Positions 48,193 to 57,229 of a stretch of 64,000 bases of DNA are shown here, one piece after another. Each line of letters starts with the position of its first letter. Positions within the stretch are counted from its first letter, which is position 1. The notes below the pieces were generated by a model. It was not told where the DNA came from. It ran no database searches and worked only from the letters and a program-made list of their open reading frames with translations. The position numbers and the translations under genes were made by a program. The DNA comes from Fimbriimonadales bacterium (GTDB lineage Bacteria; Armatimonadota; Fimbriimonadia; Fimbriimonadales; ATM1): positions 1 through 64,000 of the forward strand of contig JBGTLG010000005.1 in assembly GCA_041744215.1 (NCBI GenBank), in the 5' to 3' direction.

Positions 48193-49764
48193 GTGCCCGG
48201 CAGAGCGTGGATATTGGCTTGGATTATCGCACTCACTCCTTTGCTTGGCTTTTGGGCATACGGTTTGTTCGACCTTGACGAAGGAATCTATGCTGCGTCA
48301 CTCCGTGAGATGATGGCGCGGGGGGACGCGTTCGTCATCATGTTCGACGGTGCGCCATTTCTTGAAAAGCCAATTCTCGTTTACTGGGTGGCCTGGGGAT
48401 TCGACTTATTGGGTTTTACGGGGGAGTTCGGCTTGCGGCTTGGGTCAGTCCTTGCCGCCATTGGCACACTGGCGATCTGTACAGCGTTCGCAAGGCGACG
48501 ATTTGGGGAACACGCTGGAGCGTGGACGTTGCTGATCCTCGCCTGTTCGCCCCTCTTCATGATCGTGGCAAGGATGTTTATTCCGGATGCCCTCTTTGTG
48601 TTCTTTCTTACTGCTTCTCTCCTCGTCTTTTGGGAGTCTCTGGAACGTCGAGGTTTGCGTATCCTCTCAGCGGTTTTGTTGGCAGCGGCTGCCCTGGCAA
48701 AGGGGCCCGTCGCTCCGGCAATCTTCCTTCTGCTTGTGATCTATGCACTTTTCAGACTGCCAACAATTCGACACGGTCTGCGGGGGGGATGGGTCGTGGG
48801 GACGCTCGCGTTCATCAGTGTTGTCGCTCTCTGGTATGTGCCGATCATGTTGGACAAGGGTCCAGAGTTCGTCAAAGAGTTCATCCTTTTTCAGAATCTT
48901 GGACGATTGGCTGGGGAGGACGAAGCTCATCGTGGGGACTTCTACATCTACGTTCCCATCATCTTCGTCGCTCTCGCCCCGTTCATCTTCGCAATCAAGA
49001 GAGCATTCATCGGTCTCCGGTCAAAACCTATCGAGCGCTTTCTTTGGGCGTGGGCGATTCTGGTCTTCGTGATTTTCAGCGCGGCTGGTTCGAAACTGCC
49101 ACACTACATCCTGCCGTGCTTGCCTCCGTTGGCGATTTTGCTCGCGGCGCAACTGGCAGAGGATCCTCCGTCGGGTTGGTGGGCAGTCGGCTGGGCGATC
49201 GTAGCTGCTGCCGGTGTGTGGACAGCATGGGGGTTCTTAGAGGAGTATCGCCAGGCCGTCATGCCTCTGGCCGGCGGGGCCAGTCTTGGAGTGCTGCTCT
49301 CTCTTCGTGCAGTCATGCGAGGAGCACGGCTCGGCGCCGCTGGGGCAGGAGCCGCATGGCCGGTTGCTGTCGCTGGGCTGGTTCTTGGTGTCCCGGCATA
49401 CTGGCAAGTCTCACATGCAGACGCCGTGAAGGCGGCGGAGGCCGCGTATGCTGACGGTGGGGAACAGGTCGTGGAGTTTCGGGTGGAAGGGCTCGGCGGC
49501 AGGATGGTCACGTCGCATCCAAGCACTTACTGGTACTTCGGTCGGCCGAGGGCATCGACCTACTGGTTTGACGAACTGGTTGACCAGTTGCCAGCCCAAG
49601 GCCGAATACTAACTCGAAGGTCCAGGCTGACCCTGGGCCATCTCGACGCGCTGCGGAGCCTTGGCTTGAGCGTCAGCCGAGAACGAGTGGTCGGTGAGTA
49701 CGAGATCTACAGGTTCTTTAGGGACCCAAACAGCGCAAACCCGCTGGTTAAGCCCACCGGTTAG
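48193..49764 (+). CDS. ArnT/PMT-family (GT-C) glycosyltransferase
   Basis: LFDLDEGIYA, FLEKPILVYW, LAKGPV, SKLPHYILP; start reassigned to GTG 48193. Confidence 0.88.
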   Translation: MPGRAWILAWIIALTPLLGFWAYGLFDLDEGIYAASLREMMARGDAFVIMFDGAPFLEKPILVYWVAWGFDLLGFTGEFGLRLGSVLAAIGTLAICTAFARRRFGEHAGAWTLLILACSPLFMIVARMFIPDALFVFFLTASLLVFWESLERRGLRILSAVLLAAAALAKGPVAPAIFLLLVIYALFRLPTIRHGLRGGWVVGTLAFISVVALWYVPIMLDKGPEFVKEFILFQNLGRLAGEDEAHRGDFYIYVPIIFVALAPFIFAIKRAFIGLRSKPIERFLWAWAILVFVIFSAAGSKLPHYILPCLPPLAILLAAQLAEDPPSGWWAVGWAIVAAAGVWTAWGFLEEYRQAVMPLAGGASLGVLLSLRAVMRGARLGAAGAGAAWPVAVAGLVLGVPAYWQVSHADAVKAAEAAYADGGEQVVEFRVEGLGGRMVTSHPSTYWYFGRPRASTYWFDELVDQLPAQGRILTRRSRLTLGHLDALRSLGLSVSRERVVGEYEIYRFFRDPNSANPLVKPTG

Positions 49765-49878
49765 CCGCATAACAAACGACCGTAAGAAATGCTTTCCGCC
49801 AAATTAGTAGACACGCGTCCGCAATACATAGTAGACGTATTGCACATCTAGATAAAAAAGCCAATTTTGTGGCCAGAT

Positions 49879-49911
49879 TTCCCACTAATTCCCAAGATCA
49901 CCCTGTATATT
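49879..49911. promoter_or_regulatory. Putative dcw promoter with 10-bp-phased MraZ-box-like repeats
   Basis: TTCCCAC / TTCCCAA / CACCCTG with CCC at 49881, 49891, 49901 (TGGGA-N5-TGGGA on minus strand); TATATT at 49906-49911. Confidence 0.55.
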
Positions 49912-49948
49912 GCCGATAGTTCCAAGGACGGAACACCGAGCCAACGAG

Positions 49949-49974
49949 GAGAACCCATTGGGATCTCTTTTTTT
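49949..49974 (+). terminator. Intrinsic-terminator-like hairpin within mraZ leader
   Basis: GAGAACCC-ATT-GGGATCTC (7/8 bp) followed by T7. Confidence 0.5.
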
Positions 49975-50032
49975 GCGAGGGCCGGCGCGCATGGACGCAG
50001 CGCTGGCCTTCGGCATCTCAGGCGGATTATAC

Positions 50033-50530
50033 ATGGACAAGGCCCAGTGGTCACACGAGATCGAAGAACTCGAGGCCCAGATAACGGGAACCGAGGTCAC
50101 GTCCATTGACGATAAGGGCCGAGTTCGATTGCCCAAGAAGATGCAGGACGCGCTGGGGAATCCATTCGTCCTTTTCGTGCATCCGTCAGGGTGCATCACC
50201 GCCTACCCGGTTCATCGTTGGAATTCCTTGGTCAGGGCCGTGCGCGCTTTGCCGGAGTGGTCGGAGCAGCACCAAAAGGCGATGGGTTATCTGGGAGAAA
50301 ACTCGATGCCGATATCTGCCGACGCGCAAGGGCGATTTGTCGTCTCGCGTCCATTTCGTGATTTGGCAGGCCTCAAGTCCAATGACATTATGGTGATCGG
50401 GTGCATCGATTATCTCGAAATCTGGTCACCGGCCGATCGACAAACATATCTTGCGAATCCGGAGTCGGTCGCGAGAGGAAACTCGAAGAAGATTTTTCAG
50501 GAAGTCGTTGAGCTCGCGAGGGGTCGATGA
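50033..50530 (+). CDS. mraZ: Transcriptional regulator MraZ
   Basis: IDDKGRVRLP, DAQGRFVV, VIGCIDYLEIW; first gene of dcw cluster. Confidence 0.92.
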   Translation: MDKAQWSHEIEELEAQITGTEVTSIDDKGRVRLPKKMQDALGNPFVLFVHPSGCITAYPVHRWNSLVRAVRALPEWSEQHQKAMGYLGENSMPISADAQGRFVVSRPFRDLAGLKSNDIMVIGCIDYLEIWSPADRQTYLANPESVARGNSKKIFQEVVELARGR

Positions 50531-51438
50531 GTCGTCGCCACGAGCCCGTGATGCAAGAAGAAGTGATGAGCATGCTACAAATCAATCAAGGAGCCACAAT
50601 CATCGACGGCACAGTCGGGCATGGAGGCCATGCGCTTGCGATGCTGCGTGCGGCTGGCCCTAGGGGTCGATTGATAGCGTTTGACTGGGACGAGACGATG
50701 ATCTCTCGCGCATCGGACACGCTCGCGGAGACACCAGGCGGCAAAAACTTCATTCATGCTGATTACCGGCAGATTCCTCAGTACCTGCAAACCCTCACAA
50801 TTGTTGACGTCGACGCGATCCTCCTTGATTTTGGTGTAAATCTGGAGCATTTCGAGGATGCCTCTCGCGGATTTTCGTTCCAATCCGATGCCCCTCTAGA
50901 CATGCGAATGGATCGCTCGTCAAAAGAAACGGCTGCTGCATGGCTGGGCCGGGCGAGCGAGCAGGAGATAGTCCGAGCATTGCGCGAGTTGGGCGGAGAA
51001 CGGCACGCGGGCCTCATCGCACGATCGATTCTGCGAATGCGGAAGGAAGGCCGATTGAAGACGACCTCCGATTTGGTCGCAGCAGTCGAAGCGGCGGTTC
51101 CGCCGCGCTTGCGAGAGAAGCGCATTCACCCAGCGACCCGGACTTTCCAGGCGATTCGAATCCAAATCAATCATGAACTGGACGATTTGCAGACGTCGAT
51201 TGAGGAAATCGCAGATTGTTTGGGAACAGCCGGGCGCATGGTCACGCTGTCCTATCACTCGGGCGAGGACGGTGCGGCCAAAAGAGCCTTCCGAAATCTG
51301 CAAAAGCGAGGGGAGTTTCAAGTTTTGACGAAGACGCCGCTCCGACCGACGGCGCGGGAAGTTTATGACAACCCAAGTAGCCGCAGCGCAAAGTTGCGCA
51401 CGATAACAAGAATAAGCAAACAGGAGACAACAACATGA
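50527..51438 (+). CDS. rsmH: 16S rRNA m4C methyltransferase RsmH
   Basis: HEPVM, DGTVGHGGHA, RGFSF, PLDMRM, HPATRTFQAIRI, SRSAKLR. Confidence 0.97.
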   Translation: MSRRHEPVMQEEVMSMLQINQGATIIDGTVGHGGHALAMLRAAGPRGRLIAFDWDETMISRASDTLAETPGGKNFIHADYRQIPQYLQTLTIVDVDAILLDFGVNLEHFEDASRGFSFQSDAPLDMRMDRSSKETAAAWLGRASEQEIVRALRELGGERHAGLIARSILRMRKEGRLKTTSDLVAAVEAAVPPRLREKRIHPATRTFQAIRIQINHELDDLQTSIEEIADCLGTAGRMVTLSYHSGEDGAAKRAFRNLQKRGEFQVLTKTPLRPTAREVYDNPSSRSAKLRTITRISKQETTT

Positions 51439-51788
51439 GCGCAGTACTGCATCCTGGATCTGTAAGACCTATCCCTCGCGCGAAACCTCGCGCTGTACCG
51501 AAACGGAAAGGAGTATCGGTTACGGGGGTCATCGTTTTTGTCTGCTGTGTGTCTGCCCTCGCGTTTTTGTTCTCATCGGCATTCTCGCTTGGAGGGTTTA
51601 TGCTTCTCGAAGACGCACGAGCCCAAGCAATCCAGGCAGATCGGCGCGCAGCGCTGGCCGAAATCTCTATTGCCGAGCTGCGGGCTGAGATCGAGCGTTT
51701 GAGGAGTGCCCATTCCGTGCAACGATGGGCAGCTGTTCACGACCTGATTCCGTCCTATAGAGCGGAGCATGAAGCGCCGACGTTCTAG
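51435..51788 (+). CDS. FtsL-like cell division protein
   Basis: Position between rsmH and PBP gene; one TM plus coiled coil. Confidence 0.65.
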   Translation: MSAVLHPGSVRPIPRAKPRAVPKRKGVSVTGVIVFVCCVSALAFLFSSAFSLGGFMLLEDARAQAIQADRRAALAEISIAELRAEIERLRSAHSVQRWAAVHDLIPSYRAEHEAPTF

Positions 51789-53544
51789 CGTCCCTCGCGA
51801 GGCCACACGAGCGATATTCATCGCTGGTGTTGTTCTTGCCGCGTTTTGTGTTGTCTTTGCGAACCAGTTGCGTGTTCAAACTTTCGCGAGGGACGAGATC
51901 TTTCGGAAGGCAGATGAACTCGGGCGCATGGTTCAGTCCGACAGGATCGCTGCGAGAAGGGGCAGGATTCTTTCAGCGGATGGTCGGCTGATAGCTGCGT
52001 CTGCATCGAAGTTTCGATTGGGTATCGACCCTGGCGCTACATCCTTGAGTCCTGCGCTGACTCATGAGCTGAGCTTGGCAACGGGGATCCCAGCCGCTGA
52101 GCTTTTGGATTTTGTGTCGAGAAGCAAGTCAGCTGATGACTGGGGAACACTGATCGATTCGGCTCAGGCCGCGGAAGTGAATCGGATCCGATCAAGATAC
52201 TCCGCTGACTTTGTCTGGACTCGTCCAGCGAAAGAAAGGGAGTACGCGTTAGGTGAGTACTTCGCTCCGGTTGTGGGATTCGTAGAAAAGGGCGAAGGTA
52301 GAACGGGCATTGAGAAGTGGTTGAATCACGCATTGCAAGGACGCGAGGGCTTGATCGCTGGCGTAAAAGATGGTGACGGCAGATTCCTCCCCTGGCTAAT
52401 GCGAAAGACGAATTCGCGACCGGTTCTCGATGGGGATGACGTTGTACTCACCATTGATCCAGACTTGCAGGTAGCAGCGATGGAGAGCTTGGCCCGTGCG
52501 ACTGAGACGCATCGCGCAGATCACGGCGTCGCAATTGTGATGGACCCGCACACAGGAGACGTGCTTGCCATCGCTACAGCACCTTCGTTTGATCCAGAGG
52601 ACCCCTTCCCGGCGTTTGCAGAATTTGCGTCCGGCAAGCGTTCGAGTCCAGAAATCAATCCAGCAGTCAGCTTCATGTTCGAACCGGGTTCGATTTTCAA
52701 GATGTTTACGATCGCACTTGGTCTCGAAGCGGGAGTGATTAGGAATGGTGAGACGATCAGGTGCACAGGGAGCAAGGACTTTTCAGTGAAGACAATGAGT
52801 TGTGCAGGTGACTCCGGACCGAAGGCTCATGGAATCGTTGGAATAGAAAAAAGTCTGGAGGTGAGCTGCAACATTTCAGCAGCGACCTGGGGTGTTAGAA
52901 TTGGATTCGACCGATACTACGCGACAGTCGAGAAGCTGGGCCTTCTCCAAGCGTCTGGCATTTCGCTGAGCCCGGAGTCTCGGGGAATCATGAGGAAGAA
53001 CGACGCGAACAGGACGATTCAAATGGCCAATGTTGGTTTCGGTCAGTCGGTAACCGGCACCCCGATCGGATTGGCTAGCGCGTTTACTTGCTTTGCGAAT
53101 GATGGAGTGCGAGTTGCCCCGCGCCTTGTCAAGCGGATAGGCGAGACAGAGCAACCAGCGAGCGGTTCAGCGCGTGTGTTCAGCCGCGAAGTTGCCAACC
53201 AATTGTTGGAGATGTCGGAGCGAGTCATTGAGTCACCGACGGGCACTGGGTACGCGCTGAGGATTCCCGGTTACACGTTGGCAGGAAAGACCGGTACGGC
53301 ACAGAAACGCGACCCCAAAACAGGCTTAGTCAGAAGCGGAATGTACATCAGCTCGTTTGTCGGGTACTTTCCTGCAAAGAACCCGAGAGCCGTTGTGCTT
53401 GTAATGATCGATAACCCCAAGGGTGGACATTATTACGGTGGCAAAGTCGCGGGACCGGTGTACCAAGAAATCGTGCAATTTTTGATCAGAAAGTGGAAAG
53501 TGCCGCCTGATCGGCCCACGGAGGCCGTCGATGCTGCTCAGTGA
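51769..53544 (+). CDS. ftsI: Peptidoglycan transpeptidase FtsI/PBP3
   Basis: RRGRI, EPGSIFK (SxxK), SCN (SxN), GKTGTAQK. Confidence 0.93.
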   Translation: MKRRRSSVPREATRAIFIAGVVLAAFCVVFANQLRVQTFARDEIFRKADELGRMVQSDRIAARRGRILSADGRLIAASASKFRLGIDPGATSLSPALTHELSLATGIPAAELLDFVSRSKSADDWGTLIDSAQAAEVNRIRSRYSADFVWTRPAKEREYALGEYFAPVVGFVEKGEGRTGIEKWLNHALQGREGLIAGVKDGDGRFLPWLMRKTNSRPVLDGDDVVLTIDPDLQVAAMESLARATETHRADHGVAIVMDPHTGDVLAIATAPSFDPEDPFPAFAEFASGKRSSPEINPAVSFMFEPGSIFKMFTIALGLEAGVIRNGETIRCTGSKDFSVKTMSCAGDSGPKAHGIVGIEKSLEVSCNISAATWGVRIGFDRYYATVEKLGLLQASGISLSPESRGIMRKNDANRTIQMANVGFGQSVTGTPIGLASAFTCFANDGVRVAPRLVKRIGETEQPASGSARVFSREVANQLLEMSERVIESPTGTGYALRIPGYTLAGKTGTAQKRDPKTGLVRSGMYISSFVGYFPAKNPRAVVLVMIDNPKGGHYYGGKVAGPVYQEIVQFLIRKWKVPPDRPTEAVDAAQ

Positions 53545-54985
53545 CATTGTATCGGGAATGCCGGGTGTCATCTCAGTAGATGGAGACGGAGAATTTACGA
53601 GCATAGTCTGCGACTCAAGAGCCTGCGTCGCCGGGTCGTTGTTCGTAGCATTGGCTGGTTCGAAAGCAGATGGGCATAACTTCATCTCAGACGCGATCAG
53701 GTCTGGAGCGGCTGCAGTAATCCACTCGTCCGACACGGAACTGAGCGTGCCCTCCGCGCGAGTTGTTGACACGCAAGATTCGCTATGGCGGATGAGTAAG
53801 AAACTCTATGGCGATCCTTCCGCGGAACTGACCATGGTCGGTATAACTGGAACCAACGGGAAAACAACCACTGCGTGGATTGCTGCGCAAGCTCTGAACG
53901 CATTGGGGATTGATACGGCCTACATCGGCACCCTTGGGGTGATTCATCGCGACCTCAACGAAAGTGTAGAGTTTACAACACCTTTCCCTCCAGACTTGTT
54001 TTCAATGCTCCGTCGATTGCGTGATCGCGGTGCGACGACGATCGTGATGGAGGTGTCGTCCCATGCGCTCGAGCAGCGGCGAGTCGACGGCGTTGAATTC
54101 GATGTAGCGGTGTTTACGAATCTATCTCAAGATCACTTGGACTTTCATCCCGACATGAATGCCTACTTTGCCGCGAAGCAGAGGCTTTTCGGGGAGTTAG
54201 AATCAACAAAGCGGCTCGTTGGCGTCGCCAATTGTGATGATCCTTGGGGCCAAAAACTGGTTGAGAAAGGGATCATCGACGTGTCCTTTGGCGAACACTG
54301 CGGGGACATACGTGTTGTAGAGAGTGGTGTCAGCGTGGACAACATTTCGCTGATAGTGTCGATAGGCGATGAGCCGGTTCGAATGAGTGCAAAAGTAGGC
54401 GGTCGGTTCAATGTCATGAACCTTGTAGCCGCGGTCAGCTGCCTCGTGGCACTCGGACATCCTCCACAGAGCATTGCAAAAGCAATGCGAGGTGTTCACT
54501 CTGCGCCCGGAAGATTCGAAGCCGTACCAACTGGCTCGAGTTTCGGAGTGATCGTCGACTATGCTCACACCCCTGACGCACTTGAAAAGTTGCTTGCGGC
54601 TGTTCGGGAACTAAAGCCACGACGTATTCTCACTGTGTTCGGATGCGGAGGTGATCGTGATACGGGCAAGCGGCCGAAGATGGCGTTCGCGGCCACTAAG
54701 TGGTCTGATTTGACGTTCGTTACCAGCGATAATCCGCGGTCCGAAGATCCGAATGTCATTATCGCGGGAATTCTGGAAGGAACCGTCGATGGCGCGCACA
54801 TTCGAGTGGAGCCTGATCGGCGGGCAGCCATCCATCAAGCAATTGCGGAGGCAGACGAAGACGATATCGTGGTCATAGCGGGCAAAGGCCATGAAGACTA
54901 TCAGATTCTTGCATCTGGGAAGATTCACTTCGACGACCGCGAGGTCGCTCTTGAAGCAGTGAAGGAGAAGGTCGCTTGCGCTTGA
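53531..54985 (+). CDS. murE: UDP-MurNAc-tripeptide synthetase (meso-DAP type)
   Basis: GITGTNGKTTT, MEVSSH, DYAHTPD, GCGGDRD, DNPR, AGKGHE. Confidence 0.97.
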   Translation: MLLSDIVSGMPGVISVDGDGEFTSIVCDSRACVAGSLFVALAGSKADGHNFISDAIRSGAAAVIHSSDTELSVPSARVVDTQDSLWRMSKKLYGDPSAELTMVGITGTNGKTTTAWIAAQALNALGIDTAYIGTLGVIHRDLNESVEFTTPFPPDLFSMLRRLRDRGATTIVMEVSSHALEQRRVDGVEFDVAVFTNLSQDHLDFHPDMNAYFAAKQRLFGELESTKRLVGVANCDDPWGQKLVEKGIIDVSFGEHCGDIRVVESGVSVDNISLIVSIGDEPVRMSAKVGGRFNVMNLVAAVSCLVALGHPPQSIAKAMRGVHSAPGRFEAVPTGSSFGVIVDYAHTPDALEKLLAAVRELKPRRILTVFGCGGDRDTGKRPKMAFAATKWSDLTFVTSDNPRSEDPNVIIAGILEGTVDGAHIRVEPDRRAAIHQAIAEADEDDIVVIAGKGHEDYQILASGKIHFDDREVALEAVKEKVACA

Positions 54986-56334
54986 AGCTAAGCGAGATTG
55001 CGTCGCGAGTGGGCGGAAATCTGTTCGGTGAAGATCGCGAGATTTCGTCGCTTTCCATCGACAGTCGGGCGACAACCGAGTCAAGTCTGTTCTGTGCAGT
55101 CGTCGGCGCGCGGGCAGACGGGCACGACTTTATCGAGGATGCCATGCGGTCGGGATCCGTCGCTGCATTGGTCACTCGAAAGATCGCGACGACAGCCCCA
55201 TTAGTGATCGTCGACTCAGTAGAGTCCGCTTTGGAATTGCTGGCAAAGTCAATTCGCCGTGAGTTTCTCGGTGCACCATTTGGAATCACTGGAAGTGTCG
55301 GCAAGACTTCTACAAAAGAACTACTTGCAACTGCTTTAGGCGATGAAGGCTCAGTGCTAAAGTCGAAGGGAAACCTGAACACCGAGTATGGAGTCCCAAT
55401 GACGTGGATGGACCTGCAACCAGCGCATGAGTTTGCTGTCATTGAAATGGGCGCAAGAGGCATCGGACACATTCGACATCTTTGTGAGATGAGCCAGCCG
55501 TCAATAGGAATCATTACCTCCATTGGCACAGCGCATATAGGCGAGCTCGGCAGTCGAGCTGGCATTCTGCAAGCGAAGGCAGAACTGTTCGAATCGCTCC
55601 CGGAGAATGGCGCAGCAATAGCCCCACACGGCACAGTTGCCGAAGAGCTTTCTGGCTATGCAAAGTGCGAAATGTTCACATTCGGTTTGCAGCCAGGCGC
55701 TGATGTGTCTGTAACTTCCGTAGAGTTCAATGTTCTAAACAACACGACTATCGCAGGAATGTCTGTATTCGGTGAGTTCGTAAAGCTTGAGATCCCTGCG
55801 CTCGGCCGACATCAGGCCGCAAATGCGGCAGCCGCGGTTGCTGCGTGCCAAGCGGCGGGCGTGGATCTCAAAAAAGCAGTATCGCGCATGGCGGCAGCAG
55901 AAGTTCCGCGAGACCGCCTCCGAAGCGTTCCATACAATAAGGCAATTGTTCTTGTCGATGTCTACAATTCAAGCCCTGAATCTTGCATGGAGGCACTTCA
56001 CGTTCTCACGTGCTCGCCCGCAACTGGCAAGCGAATAGCCGTTCTCGGTGATATGAAGGAACTTGGCGCGTTCTCGCACCAACTTCATTCTGAAGTTGGG
56101 CTGGCGGCAGCAAGCTCATGCGACAAAGTTGTCGCAATAGGTGATTTTGCCGAAGCCGTCGTTGCAGGGGCGAAGGAAGCGGATGCTTCATTCGATGCAC
56201 GTGCCTATTCATCAATAGACGCAGCCGTAGCCGTTTTGAAGTCGGCTGAGCCGGGAGACGTCATTCTTATCAAGGGATCGCGCACGCTACAGCTCGAGGA
56301 TGCGCTCGCGGAGGCCGATGTTGTTGTCGCTTAG
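54976..56334 (+). CDS. murF: UDP-MurNAc-pentapeptide synthetase
   Basis: GITGSVGKTSTKE, GNLNTEYG, VLGDMKELG, IKGSR. Confidence 0.95.
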   Translation: MRLKLSEIASRVGGNLFGEDREISSLSIDSRATTESSLFCAVVGARADGHDFIEDAMRSGSVAALVTRKIATTAPLVIVDSVESALELLAKSIRREFLGAPFGITGSVGKTSTKELLATALGDEGSVLKSKGNLNTEYGVPMTWMDLQPAHEFAVIEMGARGIGHIRHLCEMSQPSIGIITSIGTAHIGELGSRAGILQAKAELFESLPENGAAIAPHGTVAEELSGYAKCEMFTFGLQPGADVSVTSVEFNVLNNTTIAGMSVFGEFVKLEIPALGRHQAANAAAAVAACQAAGVDLKKAVSRMAAAEVPRDRLRSVPYNKAIVLVDVYNSSPESCMEALHVLTCSPATGKRIAVLGDMKELGAFSHQLHSEVGLAAASSCDKVVAIGDFAEAVVAGAKEADASFDARAYSSIDAAVAVLKSAEPGDVILIKGSRTLQLEDALAEADVVVA

Positions 56335-57229
56335 CCCTGTCCTGCAATCATTTTGGATAGCATTCGGCGTCTCCGCCATACTTGCGTGGCCAGCGCTGCT
56401 ACTCCTTCGTAAGATCCGCAGTGAATCCACCATCAGTCCGTATGCGCCGGAGAGCCACATGCTCAAGCAAGGGACTCCAAACATGGGCGGGATATTCGTA
56501 CTCGTTGCAATCGCAATTGCTCTGGCATTCGCTCACTCTGATGTCAACTTGCTGCCGCTTCTTACCATCATGGTTGGCTTTGGTCTGATCGGGTTTGTAG
56601 ACGATTTTGTCATGCCACGCTACACAGGGAAGCGCGGCCTCGGTTGGATTCCCAAGCTTTCTCTTCAGGTTGTCACCGTTGCAGGCTACAGCGCGTGGTT
56701 CGGTTTCTCGATGTCCTCACTATGGGCAGCGTTTTTCATTCTGTTCTTCGTGAATGCCGTCAATTTTGCAGATGGCCTGGATGCATTGGCAAGCTCGCTA
56801 GTGATCCTCGCACTGATTCCGTTTGTAGTGGCTGCGACGCTAACACAGCAGCTATCGAGCGCGATTATCGGTGTCATCATCATAGGGGCGCTGCTACCAT
56901 TCTTGGTTTTGAACTCACCGCCAGCAAAGATGTTTATGGGCGACGTCGGCGCACTCGCAATTGGTGGGCTTTATGGTCATCTGTTTGCTGCTTCTCCTTG
57001 GGAAACAAGCTTGTTTCCATGGATTGTGTCGGTCGTTCTCATTCTCGAACTGGTTATGGTGCCGATGCAGATCGTGGCCGTTAAAACCATCGAGCGGCGC
57101 ATCTTTCCAGCAACACCGATTCACCACGGTTTTGAGAAAAGCGGCTGGCCCGAATCGAAAGTGCTGTGGACGTTCATCGTTGCGCAATGCGTACTCGCAT
57201 CCGCAGCGCTTACGGAGATTCTGAGATGA
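56318..57229 (+). CDS. mraY: Phospho-MurNAc-pentapeptide transferase
   Basis: KQGTPNMGG, GFVDD, NAVNFADGLD, FMGDVG, PIHHGFE. Confidence 0.94.
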   Translation: MLLSLSPVLQSFWIAFGVSAILAWPALLLLRKIRSESTISPYAPESHMLKQGTPNMGGIFVLVAIAIALAFAHSDVNLLPLLTIMVGFGLIGFVDDFVMPRYTGKRGLGWIPKLSLQVVTVAGYSAWFGFSMSSLWAAFFILFFVNAVNFADGLDALASSLVILALIPFVVAATLTQQLSSAIIGVIIIGALLPFLVLNSPPAKMFMGDVGALAIGGLYGHLFAASPWETSLFPWIVSVVLILELVMVPMQIVAVKTIERRIFPATPIHHGFEKSGWPESKVLWTFIVAQCVLASAALTEILR

